DNA of 64,000 bases from an uncultured Rikenella sp. (GTDB taxonomy: Bacteria > Bacteroidota > Bacteroidia > Bacteroidales > VadinHA17): contig CAYVYM010000006.1 of assembly GCA_964455705.1 (NCBI GenBank), positions 25,805-89,804 on the forward strand, given 5' to 3'. The position numbers and the translations under genes were made by a program. Under the pieces are notes generated by a model. It had not been told where the DNA came from. It did no database searches and was given only the letters and a program-made list of their open reading frames with translations. How positions within the stretch are numbered: position 1 is the first letter of the stretch; the number at the start of each line of letters is the position of its first letter. Positions 36,384 to 45,570 of the stretch are shown here, piece after piece.

Positions 36384-39300
36384 ATGCATGGTTTACAAAA
36401 ATTAACCGAATGGCGTAAGCGAATTATGCTTTCGGTGATCGCCATGGTTCTCGTTTCGGGAACCCTGGTAGCTCAGAACATACGAGTTACCGGCAGGGTG
36501 GTTGACAATACCGGCCTGCCTGCAATAGGTGTAACGGTAATAATCGAGGGTACCACCACCGGTGTGGCAACACTGAATGACGGTACCTATGCCATTGATG
36601 CCCCGGCCAATGCAGTTCTTCTCTTTTCTGCAATAGGTCTGGAAAACCAGAGAATCCCGATCAACAACAGAACAGTCATCAATGTTACTATGGCCGAATC
36701 GGCAATCGCTGTTGAGGAGGTGGTGGTTACTGCCCTGGGTATAGAGAAGGAGAAGAAGGCCCTTGGCTATTCTGTCCAGGATCTGAAGAGCGATGAGATC
36801 ATGAGGAACAAACAGACGAACGTGATCAACTCTCTGGCAGGTAAAGTTGCAGGGGTAAATATCACACAGTCAAGCGGATCAGCCGGGGCGGGTTCAACCA
36901 TTATCATCCGCGGAGGCAACTCGGCGAGTGAGTCGCGTGACAACCAGCCGTTGTTCGTGGTTGACGGCATCATTTACGACAACTCCACTGTGAACAGCGG
37001 CAACTCGGGAACAGACGGTGTAACCAAGGTGAATACATCATTTGGTAACCGTGTGATGGATATCAACCCTGATGATATCGAAAGCATGTCTATCCTTAAG
37101 GGTGCCGCAGCCTCTGCTCTTTACGGCTCGCGTGCAGCAGACGGAGTGGTGATCATTACTACAAAGAAAGGCAGTGCTGGTCCTGTAAAAGTAGATTTCA
37201 GCTCCAAATACTCATACTCCTGGACAGGTATCCTGCCTGAGCTGCAGGGTGTATACGGAAGAGGATTCTATAACCAGGCAGGCGTCTTCAGTGATTACAC
37301 CACCCAATCATGGGGCAATCCTATAACCGGAACTGTTTATGACAACGTTGGTGGTTTCTTCCAGGGTGGAAATGTATTCGACAACAGCCTGAGTATCTCC
37401 GGCGGAAGTCAGAGCAACAGCTTTTACCTGTCGGTCTCCAATTTTGATCAGACAGGCGTTGTCCCTCTGACCGGATATGATAAAACCACCTTCCGTTTCA
37501 ACGGCGAACAGAGATACGGGAAGCTGACTGTAGGTGCGAATGCCGCCTACTCCCTTTCAAATACCGTCAAGACTCTTACCTCAGCCGGATTATACAATGG
37601 CGGTGGTAACGGGACCATGACTGCCTTGTACGGGTGGTCGCGAGGTGATGATATAACCAGGTACCTGAACGACGACGGAACAAAATACAGGATGTTCGAA
37701 GGTCTGCAGGAACTTGCGAACGATGTTGAGAATCCATACTGGATTATCAACAAAAACGAACTGACAGACAAGGTGAACCGTTTTACCGGGGGCATTAATG
37801 CCTCTCTTGACCTGACCGACTGGTTCAATGTACTATACCGTGTCGGCTATGATAGCTATAACAGTGGTGCATACACTTACATTGCTCCCGGTGGAGCTGT
37901 CCTGGAGAGGTATCAGGATGGACGCCTCAGCAAGAGCAGTGTGGATTATCAATTCGTCACATCAAACCTGATGCTTAACTTTAATAAGAAGCTCGGTGAC
38001 ATTGATCTGAACCTGTTATTGGGACATTCTCTGGAAAGCACCAACAGAGTCCTGCGGACAATCTGGGGATATGGTTTTTCAACTGCAGGGACTGTCAGCT
38101 TTGCAAACATCGTCAATGAACAGAAGTTTTTTACGGAAAGGAATGTTACAAAACGTCTGTTAGGTGCGTTCGGTGAATTCCGTGCCTCCTACAAAAGCAT
38201 TGCTTATCTGACTGTGACAGGAAGAAATGACTGGTCGTCAACTCTTCCGATAGAGAACAGATCATACTTTTATTCGTCAGTATCGGGTAGTCTTGTATTC
38301 ACGGAGCTGCTCCCAAAGAATGACATTCTTTCATTCGGGAAGCTCCGCGCATCATGGGCGCAGGTTGGTAAGGATGCCGATGCCTATGCCACAAACACTT
38401 ATCTCTGGGCACCTCAGATTGTCAGCGCCCAGTTTGTTGGCACTGGTAACAGTTGGACAGGTGGCAGTCCGAACCTTGTTCCTGAAATCCAGACATCTAC
38501 CGAGTTAGGTACAGAACTGCAATTCCTTCAGGGAAGGCTTGGGCTGGATTTTACATACTATAGCAGTATAACCAAAAACCAGCTGGCAAGTCCGCGCCTT
38601 GCCCAGTCAACCGGTTTTATCTTTCTGACATTGAACAGCGGTTCGGTGCACAACAAGGGCATGGAGCTTTCAATTAATGCAACTCCCGTCAGGAACCAGA
38701 ACTTTACCTGGGATGTGACACTGAATCTTTCAGGGAACCGCGGCACACTGGGGGATTTCCTTCCTGGTGTCGGATTGTTTTATGTTACCGATGTTCAGAT
38801 TGGTGGGGTAAAAGCTGCTTCCGTTCCTAACGGTGGATACTTCCTTGGCCTTACCGGTGATTACTGGACCAGGGAGAAGGATGAGGATGGAAATGAAATC
38901 CCTGATGGAAGGTATATCGTTGATGAAGCCACAGGCTTATATGCACCAACTAATGTAGAAACAAACGTTATCGGGAATCGTGAACCTGATTTCATCGGAG
39001 GTCTGAACAACAACTTAAGTTATAAGAACCTCAACTTCTCTTTCCTGTTCGATATCAGAAAAGGAGGTGACATTTACAACGGAACTGAATATTATCTGAC
39101 AGTGAATGGATTGAGTACAAGGACACTCGACCGTGAATCGGTTACCGTTTCAGGTGTTTCAAAAGCAACCGGAGAACCCCTCACATATACCTATGAGGCC
39201 GGACAAACATATGTAGTTAACGGAGCTTCACGTTCCGGTGAATATATGATACAGCAATATTGGGCGAATAATTATGCCAGAAACGCATACAATTTCATGA

Positions 39301-39560
39301 CCAGCACCAACTGGCTGAGACTCCGCTCAATGGCGCTTTCGTATGACTTTACTGAACTGCTTGGAAACGGGACTTTCATTAAAGGCTTATCAGCATCCGT
39401 AGCAGGGTATAACCTGTTCTTGTGGACCAACTATAAGGGCATGGATCCGGAGGTCAGTGTATCCGGATCAGGAACGGGAGGATCTGGCTCGATGGGTATC
39501 GACTATGCCGGTGTGCCTGCAACCAGGAGTATCACATTTGGCCTCAATGCAACATTTTAA
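36384..39560 (+). CDS. susC: SusC/RagA-family TonB-dependent outer-membrane transporter (pair 2)
   Basis: 1058 aa. The CarboxypepD_reg-like block is IRVTGRVVDNTGLPAIGVTVIIEGTTTGVATLNDGTYAI. The plug block is DIESMSILKGAAASALYGSRAADGVVIITTKKG. It ends in ...FGLNATF. The start could instead be the internal Met at 36426. Confidence 0.9.
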   Translation: MHGLQKLTEWRKRIMLSVIAMVLVSGTLVAQNIRVTGRVVDNTGLPAIGVTVIIEGTTTGVATLNDGTYAIDAPANAVLLFSAIGLENQRIPINNRTVINVTMAESAIAVEEVVVTALGIEKEKKALGYSVQDLKSDEIMRNKQTNVINSLAGKVAGVNITQSSGSAGAGSTIIIRGGNSASESRDNQPLFVVDGIIYDNSTVNSGNSGTDGVTKVNTSFGNRVMDINPDDIESMSILKGAAASALYGSRAADGVVIITTKKGSAGPVKVDFSSKYSYSWTGILPELQGVYGRGFYNQAGVFSDYTTQSWGNPITGTVYDNVGGFFQGGNVFDNSLSISGGSQSNSFYLSVSNFDQTGVVPLTGYDKTTFRFNGEQRYGKLTVGANAAYSLSNTVKTLTSAGLYNGGGNGTMTALYGWSRGDDITRYLNDDGTKYRMFEGLQELANDVENPYWIINKNELTDKVNRFTGGINASLDLTDWFNVLYRVGYDSYNSGAYTYIAPGGAVLERYQDGRLSKSSVDYQFVTSNLMLNFNKKLGDIDLNLLLGHSLESTNRVLRTIWGYGFSTAGTVSFANIVNEQKFFTERNVTKRLLGAFGEFRASYKSIAYLTVTGRNDWSSTLPIENRSYFYSSVSGSLVFTELLPKNDILSFGKLRASWAQVGKDADAYATNTYLWAPQIVSAQFVGTGNSWTGGSPNLVPEIQTSTELGTELQFLQGRLGLDFTYYSSITKNQLASPRLAQSTGFIFLTLNSGSVHNKGMELSINATPVRNQNFTWDVTLNLSGNRGTLGDFLPGVGLFYVTDVQIGGVKAASVPNGGYFLGLTGDYWTREKDEDGNEIPDGRYIVDEATGLYAPTNVETNVIGNREPDFIGGLNNNLSYKNLNFSFLFDIRKGGDIYNGTEYYLTVNGLSTRTLDRESVTVSGVSKATGEPLTYTYEAGQTYVVNGASRSGEYMIQQYWANNYARNAYNFMTSTNWLRLRSMALSYDFTELLGNGTFIKGLSASVAGYNLFLWTNYKGMDPEVSVSGSGTGGSGSMGIDYAGVPATRSITFGLNATF

Positions 39561-39578
39561 TAACGGATTTAATAAGAT

Positions 39579-41510
39579 ATGACTATGAAAAAGATATTCT
39601 ATATCACTTTAACTCTGGCCTTTCTTTTAGGTTCGTCCTCTTGTGAGAAGTGGCTGGATGTCAACGTTGACCCTGATAATCCAAATGACCTGAGTGCAAC
39701 CCCGGAGATCAGGCTTCCATGGATACAGCACTATTATATGTATGCATGGGGTACAGCAAATATGCGTACCAGTACAATTGCAGGGATACTGACCCAGAGT
39801 TCGGCTACTGCTGCAAACGGCAGACTCGCCGCATGGAATCCGCTTCAGAGCAGCTGCACAACAATATATCAGAACTGGTTCCTTGGCGCAGCAGTTAACC
39901 TGAATCCTCTGATTGCCAGGGCTGAAGAGGCAGGTGCCTATCACTATTTGGGGGCTGCACACTGTATTAAGGCTATGGGCTTTATGATGATGCTTGATCT
40001 TCATGGTGAGATGCCTTACACAGAAGCAATGACAGGGAAGTACAATCCTGCTTATGATCAGGGAGATGCCATTTACAACGGATGTCTGGCAGACCTCGAT
40101 AAAGCCATTGAGTTCTTCGGACAAGCTCAGGAACCAGGCGCTCCGGCCCTTGCGGAAGGAGATACCTGGAATGGAGGCGATGTTAACAAATGGATCAAAT
40201 TATGCTACGGCCTCAAGGCGCGCTATCTGCTACAGGTATCTAAGAAATCAATTTATGATCCTGCAGCTGTACTGGCAGCTCTTCAAAATGCACCCCAGTC
40301 AAATGCTGACAATACTAGTATGAAGCATTACAATGTTGAAGGTGACGCCCTTAACTTTACTGTCGCGGACCCGTATCAGACAAACTCCACATGGAATTCA
40401 GCTGCATACGGAACAGGCCAGCGGGCAACCAGATGGTACGCCGATCTGTTAACCAACAGCTTCACAGGCGGTTCAGGTGTTATAGATCCGCGCATGCCCA
40501 AACTTCTGCCTGCCACGATGACGAATACTGTCCTTAACTCATCAGGAGATATAATAAGCCATGAGTGGTTAAGGGATGTTGGTGTCGATATGATGAATTC
40601 TGATATCCGTCTTAACGGTGGACCTCTTGGTGCCTCATACAACACTGCCGAGAGGCTTTACACATATACTATTGCCGATGATACAGAGAGAGCAAATTTC
40701 ATTGCATCAATCCCTCATTCCTATACAATAACTGGCACGAGTGTTACTGTGACATATCCGAGGGGTTCTTTCTATATTAATAATGCAAACCACAAGAGGG
40801 CCGGAGATACCATTTATGTCAACATGAGGGCCAACAGTATGTCAACCAGCGGGGTATCAGTTACAGATATGTACTACTATCCTACAGCAGGCCAGCCTGC
40901 AGTGGCAGGAACCGGGACCTTCTATGCCAGACCTGACTCTGATTCTGATATCCTGACCTATTCCGAAATGTGCTTTATCAAGGCTGAGGTCTACCTCAGG
41001 CAGGGTAATGCCCCGGAAGCATTTACTGCATACAGGGCAGGTATCCAGGCACACTTCGACCGCATGCAGATCAAACTCGGTGAATGGCAGTCAGCCGGCA
41101 CCATCAATCCGGATCAGATGCCAATGGATGAGGCAGATATTGCCGCCTATATGGCCAGTGCCGCTGTAGTGCAGAATGCTGCCTCGTTAACAATGGCTGA
41201 TATTATGCAGCAGAAAACCATATCCATGGGCCTTAATTTGCAAAACTGGAATGATATGCGCCGTTTCAACTACAGCGCAGGTAATATTGGCAGCTTTGGT
41301 GTTGTATACAGAGACTACAAGAGACCTTTCGAGTTTACTGCAACAAATATCATGACCGGAACGAGTCCGGCTGACCCGACATACTGGTTCCGTCGTTTCA
41401 GTCAGAGTCCGCACGAGAGCAACTATAACAATGAGCAGCTTATGCTGTCCAACCCGTTAGCTATGGAGGATGCTATCTGGAGTGATCCCGTATGGTGGGA
41501 TAAAGAATAG
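39579..41510 (+). CDS. susD: SusD/RagB-family nutrient-binding lipoprotein (pair 2)
   Basis: Lipoprotein signal MTMKKIFYITLTLAFLLGSSSC. It lies immediately downstream of SusC pair 2. The C-terminal SusD-like segment is IMQQKTISMGLNLQNWNDMRRFNY. Confidence 0.85.
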   Translation: MTMKKIFYITLTLAFLLGSSSCEKWLDVNVDPDNPNDLSATPEIRLPWIQHYYMYAWGTANMRTSTIAGILTQSSATAANGRLAAWNPLQSSCTTIYQNWFLGAAVNLNPLIARAEEAGAYHYLGAAHCIKAMGFMMMLDLHGEMPYTEAMTGKYNPAYDQGDAIYNGCLADLDKAIEFFGQAQEPGAPALAEGDTWNGGDVNKWIKLCYGLKARYLLQVSKKSIYDPAAVLAALQNAPQSNADNTSMKHYNVEGDALNFTVADPYQTNSTWNSAAYGTGQRATRWYADLLTNSFTGGSGVIDPRMPKLLPATMTNTVLNSSGDIISHEWLRDVGVDMMNSDIRLNGGPLGASYNTAERLYTYTIADDTERANFIASIPHSYTITGTSVTVTYPRGSFYINNANHKRAGDTIYVNMRANSMSTSGVSVTDMYYYPTAGQPAVAGTGTFYARPDSDSDILTYSEMCFIKAEVYLRQGNAPEAFTAYRAGIQAHFDRMQIKLGEWQSAGTINPDQMPMDEADIAAYMASAAVVQNAASLTMADIMQQKTISMGLNLQNWNDMRRFNYSAGNIGSFGVVYRDYKRPFEFTATNIMTGTSPADPTYWFRRFSQSPHESNYNNEQLMLSNPLAMEDAIWSDPVWWDKE

Positions 41511-41535
41511 TCAGTATAAGAATTACATAATTGCT

Positions 41536-41569
41536 AAAAGGGGTGCCATTAAACAATGGCACCCCTTTT
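41536..41569. terminator. Bidirectional intrinsic terminator between convergent SusD pair 2 and dcp
   Basis: AAAAGGGGTGCCATT-AAAC-AATGGCACCCCTTTT is a 15-bp perfect stem flanked by an A-tract on one side and a T-tract on the other, so it can serve both strands. Confidence 0.85.
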
Positions 41570-41625
41570 ACTCGTTGCGGAAATTGATCAGCAATGATAA
41601 TGCGGTCAGAAACTGGTGGTGATAT

Positions 41626-43680
41626 TTACAGTTTTTTGAATCCGCTTCTCTCAATGAGGGCATCAATTGAGGGTTCACGGCCGCGGAAGTCGCGGTAGAG
41701 CACATCTGGTTCACGGCTGCCTCCCTTTTCAAGTATGTTGCGTCTGAATGAGTCTGCCGTCTCCCGGTCAAAGATGCCTCTCTCCCTGAAGAGGCTATAG
41801 GCATCGGCATCGAGCACCTCGGCCCACTTGTAGCCGTAATATCCTGCTGCATAGCCTCCTGAGAAGAGATGGGCAAATGAGACACTCATGCACGTACCGT
41901 CGGCAGGAGGCAGGATGTCAGCCGGGGCCATCGCCGTGCGCTCAAATGCCACAATATCACCCGTGAATGGCTCTGAAAGCGTGTGCCATGCCATGTCAAG
42001 CAGACCAAAGCTGAGCTGCCTCATGCATGAATAACCCTCGTTGTAAGTGAGTGATTCCTTAAGTCTGACAAGTATTTCGTCCGGAATTTTCTCCCCTGTC
42101 CGGTAATGCGAGGCCCATGAGTCGAGCCACTCTTTCTCCCACGCCCAGTTCTCCATTATCTGCGACGGCAGTTCAACGAAGTCGCGCTTCACATTGGTGC
42201 CGGAGAGGCTTTCATATGAGCAATCTGACAGCATTCCGTGCAACGCATGTCCGAACTCATGCAGGAAGGTGTTCATCTCGCTGTGTGAGAGGAGTGACGG
42301 CCTCTCCGGCGTCTCGCGGGTGAAATTCATCACCAGTGAGACCACCGGGATGACCCTGGTGCCATTCTCCCTGCTCTGCTCACGGAAGCCTGTCATCCAT
42401 GCACCGCCACCCTTACCCTTGCGCGGGTGGAAATCAAGCATCAGGATGGCAATAATGCCCTTATCCCCGTCATGGACCTCATAAGCCGTGACTTCAGGAT
42501 TATAAACAGGTATCGCGCTGTTCCCAGTGAATGTGAGTCCGTAAAGCTTTGTCGCCAGTCCCAGTACTGCCTCTTTTACCTTTTCAAGTGGCATGTATGG
42601 GCGCAGCGCTTCGTCATCAATATTGTACCGTTCAAGTCTCAGCTTCTCTGACCAGTAAGCCCAGTCCCAGCGCTCCACTCTGCCCTGGTGTCCCAGTTTG
42701 CGGGCATACTCTTCAATATCGTCATGGTCACGTCTGGCGGCTGGTGCTGAAGCCTTAAGGAGGTTATCAAGAAAGCTGTTCACCTCTGAGGGTTTGGAGG
42801 CCATCCGGTCCTCGAGCGCGTATGATGCATAATTGTCGAACCCAAGCAGTTGCGCCAGCTGCAGACGCAGATCGGCGATACGTGTCACAAGAGCCCTGTT
42901 ATCATGTTCATTCCCCCTGAATGATCGGATAGCGTATGCCCTGAAGATCTTCTCCCTGAGATCACGGCGACCGGAGTATTGCATGAATGGGACATAGCTC
43001 GGTGCGTGCAGGGTAAAGAGCCAACCCTCCATGCTCTTCTCACGGGCCAGTACTGCAGCTGCCTGACGTACCCCTTCTGGAAGTCCTGCCATCTCCTCTT
43101 CGGTAGTGAGGTGAAGGGTAAAATCGTTGGTCTCCGCCAGCACATTCTCCTCGAACTGAAGTGACAGGGTCGCCAATTCCACAGTGATTGTCCTGAATTT
43201 ATCCTTATCCTCCCCGGAGAGAGCTGCCCCGCCTCTGACAAATCCCTTGTACTTGCGATCGAGCAGAATATACTGTTCAGGGTCAAGGTTCAGGCTTTCT
43301 CTTTTTTCATAGACATCCCTGACTTTTCTGAAGAGTTCAGGATTGAGGCTGATGTCATTGGCGAAGCTGGTCAGGAGGGGAGAGATCTCCCTGGCAGCAG
43401 CCTGCAACTCCGGAGTGGTGTCGGAGCTGTTGAGGTTAAAGAGAATGGGAGTAATACGGTTCAGCAGCCCCCCTGCCTGTTCGAGCGTTTCGATGCAGTT
43501 CTCAAATCCGGGTTCTTCAGTGCATGACACGATCTCATCTATCTGCTTGCGGGCGACCTCAATGGCGTGCTCAACCGCCGGCTTGAAATGTTCCGGCCTG
43601 ATCAGGTCAAAGGGGGGAACGATGAAAGGGGTGTTCCACTCCTGCAGGAGGGGGTTGGGTTGAGGGTGGTCTGAGGTCAT
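41626..43680 (-). CDS. dcp: M3-family peptidyl-dipeptidase (Dcp/OpdA-like), cytoplasmic
   Basis: 684 aa. The zinc motif is LHEFGHALHG. The N-terminus NPLLQEWNTPFIVPPFDLIRPEHFKPA is typical of Dcp. There is no signal peptide. Confidence 0.85.
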   Translation of the reverse strand: MTSDHPQPNPLLQEWNTPFIVPPFDLIRPEHFKPAVEHAIEVARKQIDEIVSCTEEPGFENCIETLEQAGGLLNRITPILFNLNSSDTTPELQAAAREISPLLTSFANDISLNPELFRKVRDVYEKRESLNLDPEQYILLDRKYKGFVRGGAALSGEDKDKFRTITVELATLSLQFEENVLAETNDFTLHLTTEEEMAGLPEGVRQAAAVLAREKSMEGWLFTLHAPSYVPFMQYSGRRDLREKIFRAYAIRSFRGNEHDNRALVTRIADLRLQLAQLLGFDNYASYALEDRMASKPSEVNSFLDNLLKASAPAARRDHDDIEEYARKLGHQGRVERWDWAYWSEKLRLERYNIDDEALRPYMPLEKVKEAVLGLATKLYGLTFTGNSAIPVYNPEVTAYEVHDGDKGIIAILMLDFHPRKGKGGGAWMTGFREQSRENGTRVIPVVSLVMNFTRETPERPSLLSHSEMNTFLHEFGHALHGMLSDCSYESLSGTNVKRDFVELPSQIMENWAWEKEWLDSWASHYRTGEKIPDEILVRLKESLTYNEGYSCMRQLSFGLLDMAWHTLSEPFTGDIVAFERTAMAPADILPPADGTCMSVSFAHLFSGGYAAGYYGYKWAEVLDADAYSLFRERGIFDRETADSFRRNILEKGGSREPDVLYRDFRGREPSIDALIERSGFKKL

Positions 43681-43699
43681 AGTTATGTTTTGTGTTGCC

Positions 43700-43707
43700 C
43701 AAATATA
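43700..43707 (-). promoter_or_regulatory. -7 promoter box TATATTTG (minus strand) for dcp
   Basis: The plus strand reads CAAATATA, 20 bp upstream of the dcp ATG (43680). The heptamer array begins 4 bp further upstream. Confidence 0.45.
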
Positions 43708-43710
43708 GTT

Positions 43711-43744
43711 ATTTGCGAATTGCGATTTTCGATTTGCGATTTCG
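43711..43744. repeat. Tandem heptamer array related to the 63-bp repeat, in opposite orientation
   Basis: ATTTGCG AATTGCG ATTTTCG ATTTGCG ATTTCGG is five heptamers, the complement of the AATCGCA units. It lies directly upstream of the dcp -7 box. Confidence 0.8.
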
Positions 43745-43905
43745 GCTACAATACCATAACCCCTTCGGGGTATGGATCAAATCACCATGTATGTGCTACA
43801 ATACTATAACCGCTACGCGGTAAGGTTGCCCGTAGGGCATCCATTATGGTAGAAGAAGATTGTTACAAGAACATGTTGGTCGTAGACCATAAAGTATTGT
43901 AGATG
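43745..43905. repeat. Array of four short GC-stem hairpins with a repeated GCTACAATAC(C/T)ATAACC leader and long-range inverted ends
   Basis: The hairpins are ACCCC-TTCG-GGGT (43759-43771), ACCGC-TAC-GCGGT (43809-43821), TGCCC-GTA-GGGCA (43827-43839) and TGGTC-GTA-GACCA (43877-43889). GCTACAATAC occurs at 43745 and 43795. CTACAATACT (43796-43805) pairs with AGTATTGTAG (43893-43902). Confidence 0.6.
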
Positions 43906-43920
43906 AAATACATAATAGAA

Positions 43921-43951
43921 AAATGCCATACCCGCACCGGATATGGCATTT
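43921..43951 (-). terminator. Intrinsic terminator after the DUF3127 gene
   Basis: AAATGCCATA ... TATGGCATTT is a 10-bp stem. On the minus strand the stem is followed by a TTTTTC run. It starts 21 bp after the stop codon. Confidence 0.75.
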
Positions 43952-43971
43952 CAAAATCCTTTCAATGAAAT

Positions 43972-44355
43972 TCAGAACGGCAGGTCATCCAGCTCGGGGT
44001 TGGGTGAGGGGGCATCCTCAAGCGTCGGATTGCGGATAGCCTGTTGGCCGTTCTCCGCTACGGTGATGCCACGCGTAACCGAGAGGGCATTAAGGTTGGT
44101 TATGTAATTTACCATCCCGTTCTTCTCCCACCGGTTACCCTTTATATTAAAGGTGACTGTCACATCCTGCCTCAGCCATGATTCATCAATGATCTCGCAT
44201 TTGTCCTGTGTGAGCTGGAACTTGATGAAGTCGACATAAGCCTGACCACTTCCGCTATCCTTGTGTTCAATGACGAACTCACGCTTGCGGAAGCGCTCAT
44301 TGACCCTGTTGACGGGGTAGACCTCGGCAACCTTGCCTGTAATCTGATATTCCAT
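43972..44355 (-). CDS. DUF3127-like small OB-fold-type protein with an SSB-like acidic C-terminal tip
   Basis: 127 aa, starting [31 protein letters not shown] polar linker follows, and the protein ends ...NPELDDLPF. Its ATG overlaps the upstream stop (TAATG at 44353-44357). Confidence 0.7.
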   Translation of the reverse strand: MEYQITGKVAEVYPVNRVNERFRKREFVIEHKDSGSGQAYVDFIKFQLTQDKCEIIDESWLRQDVTVTFNIKGNRWEKNGMVNYITNLNALSVTRGITVAENGQQAIRNPTLEDAPSPNPELDDLPF

Positions 44356-44816
44356 TATTCTGTCTCTGTTATGACTATCTTGTCAATGCCGTCACCGGCC
44401 CTGATAAGATCAATCACCTCGTCTCCTTCAACAACTTTACCGAAACAGGTATGTTTTCCGTCAAGATGTTTCGTGTTTGACCTTGAGTGGCAGATGAAGA
44501 ATTGCGAGCCGCCGGTGTCTTTCCCGGCATGAGCCATGGAGAGGACACCGCGGTCATGGTACTGTTTGTTACCGGTAAGCTCACATTTGATCTTGTATCC
44601 CGGTCCGCCCGTACCGACTCGCGGGTCAGCCATGTCTTTCGAGAACGGGCATCCGCCCTGGATGACGAAGTCAGGAATGACCCTGTGAAATGCCAGTCCT
44701 TCATAAAACCCCTTTCCGGCCAGTGTCACGAAGTTCTCAACAGTGCCGGGAGCATCGTCATCATACAGATGTGCCTTTATTACCCCTTTGGAGGTATGTA
44801 TCTCGGCAAACCTCAT
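44355..44816 (-). CDS. ppiB: Cyclophilin-type peptidyl-prolyl cis-trans isomerase
   Basis: 153 aa. Cyclophilin blocks present are [34 protein letters not shown] and GSQFFIC. Confidence 0.9.
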   Translation of the reverse strand: MRFAEIHTSKGVIKAHLYDDDAPGTVENFVTLAGKGFYEGLAFHRVIPDFVIQGGCPFSKDMADPRVGTGGPGYKIKCELTGNKQYHDRGVLSMAHAGKDTGGSQFFICHSRSNTKHLDGKHTCFGKVVEGDEVIDLIRAGDGIDKIVITETE

Positions 44817-45508
44817 TGTTTTACGATTTCGAGCAACTCAACCTCAAATACCAGTGTTGAATAGGGAGGAACCGGACCGGTACCGGGCTCACCATAACCC
44901 AGTTCGTAGGGAATGTAAAACTTGAATTTCGAACCTGCCGGCATGAGCTGGATGCCTTCCTGCCATCCCTGAATGACCTGGTTTACTCCAAATTCAACAG
45001 GTTCACCACGTTCAACTGAGGAGTCAAATGTGGTACTGTCAAGAAGAGTTCCGGTATAGTGCACCTTTACAACATCCGTGGGAGTTGGCTTGTCTCCAGT
45101 ACCCAACGTTATAACCTCGTACTGAAGGCCACTGGGTGTCTCCTGAACGCCGTCACGTTTCTTATTATCAGCAAGGAATTTTTCACCATCGTCGATGTTC
45201 TTGCTGTACATCGCTTTCATCCTTGCTGCCTGCCTGTTCTGCATATATGTCATAACATATCCCTGGGCGCTGGTTTCATCAAGAGTGTTCTTTCCCTTCC
45301 TGGAGTCGATCATCCCCTTGGCAAAAAGGACAGGGTCAATGTCAACGCTGTCACTCATATAATAGAAATAGCTTGCAATGCCAAGTGAATAGGCGAGAGA
45401 GTCTTCTGCACTCCTGACTTTCGCACTTGAGATTCCCGACTGGGTGTTGCATGAGGTTGCGATTACGGCTGCTATCACAGCGAAGATTACTAAACCTTTG
45501 ATTTTCAT
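44813..45508 (-). CDS. FKBP-type peptidyl-prolyl isomerase (FkpA/FklB-like), exported
   Basis: It has a signal or lipoprotein N-terminus. The FKBP_C block is [58 protein letters not shown]. It overlaps the cyclophilin gene by ATGA. Confidence 0.9.
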   Translation of the reverse strand: MKIKGLVIFAVIAAVIATSCNTQSGISSAKVRSAEDSLAYSLGIASYFYYMSDSVDIDPVLFAKGMIDSRKGKNTLDETSAQGYVMTYMQNRQAARMKAMYSKNIDDGEKFLADNKKRDGVQETPSGLQYEVITLGTGDKPTPTDVVKVHYTGTLLDSTTFDSSVERGEPVEFGVNQVIQGWQEGIQLMPAGSKFKFYIPYELGYGEPGTGPVPPYSTLVFEVELLEIVKQ

Positions 45509-45533
45509 TGTATCTGTTTTAATTAAATTTTGG

Positions 45534-45541
45534 CAAAGATA
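45534..45541 (-). promoter_or_regulatory. -7 promoter box TATCTTTG (minus strand) for the FKBP-cyclophilin-DUF3127 unit
   Basis: The plus strand reads CAAAGATA. It matches TAnnTTTG exactly and is 25 bp upstream of the ATG at 45508. Confidence 0.5.
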
Positions 45542-45570
45542 ATGTTTTGAAAGTCAATCAGAGGGTATTG

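Noticed and set aside
43711-43744. The heptamer arrays and 63-bp repeats (also at 47044-47106 and 47769-47831) were considered as a CRISPR array.
   Set aside because: The repeat units are 7 bp with no spacers, only two long copies exist 725 bp apart around a gene, and there are no cas genes. This is not CRISPR.
43745-43905. The hairpin cluster was considered as a tRNA or tmRNA-like gene.
   Set aside because: There is no cloverleaf, no T-loop consensus (GTTCRANYC) and no acceptor-stem pairing. It is kept only as an unexplained structured repeat.
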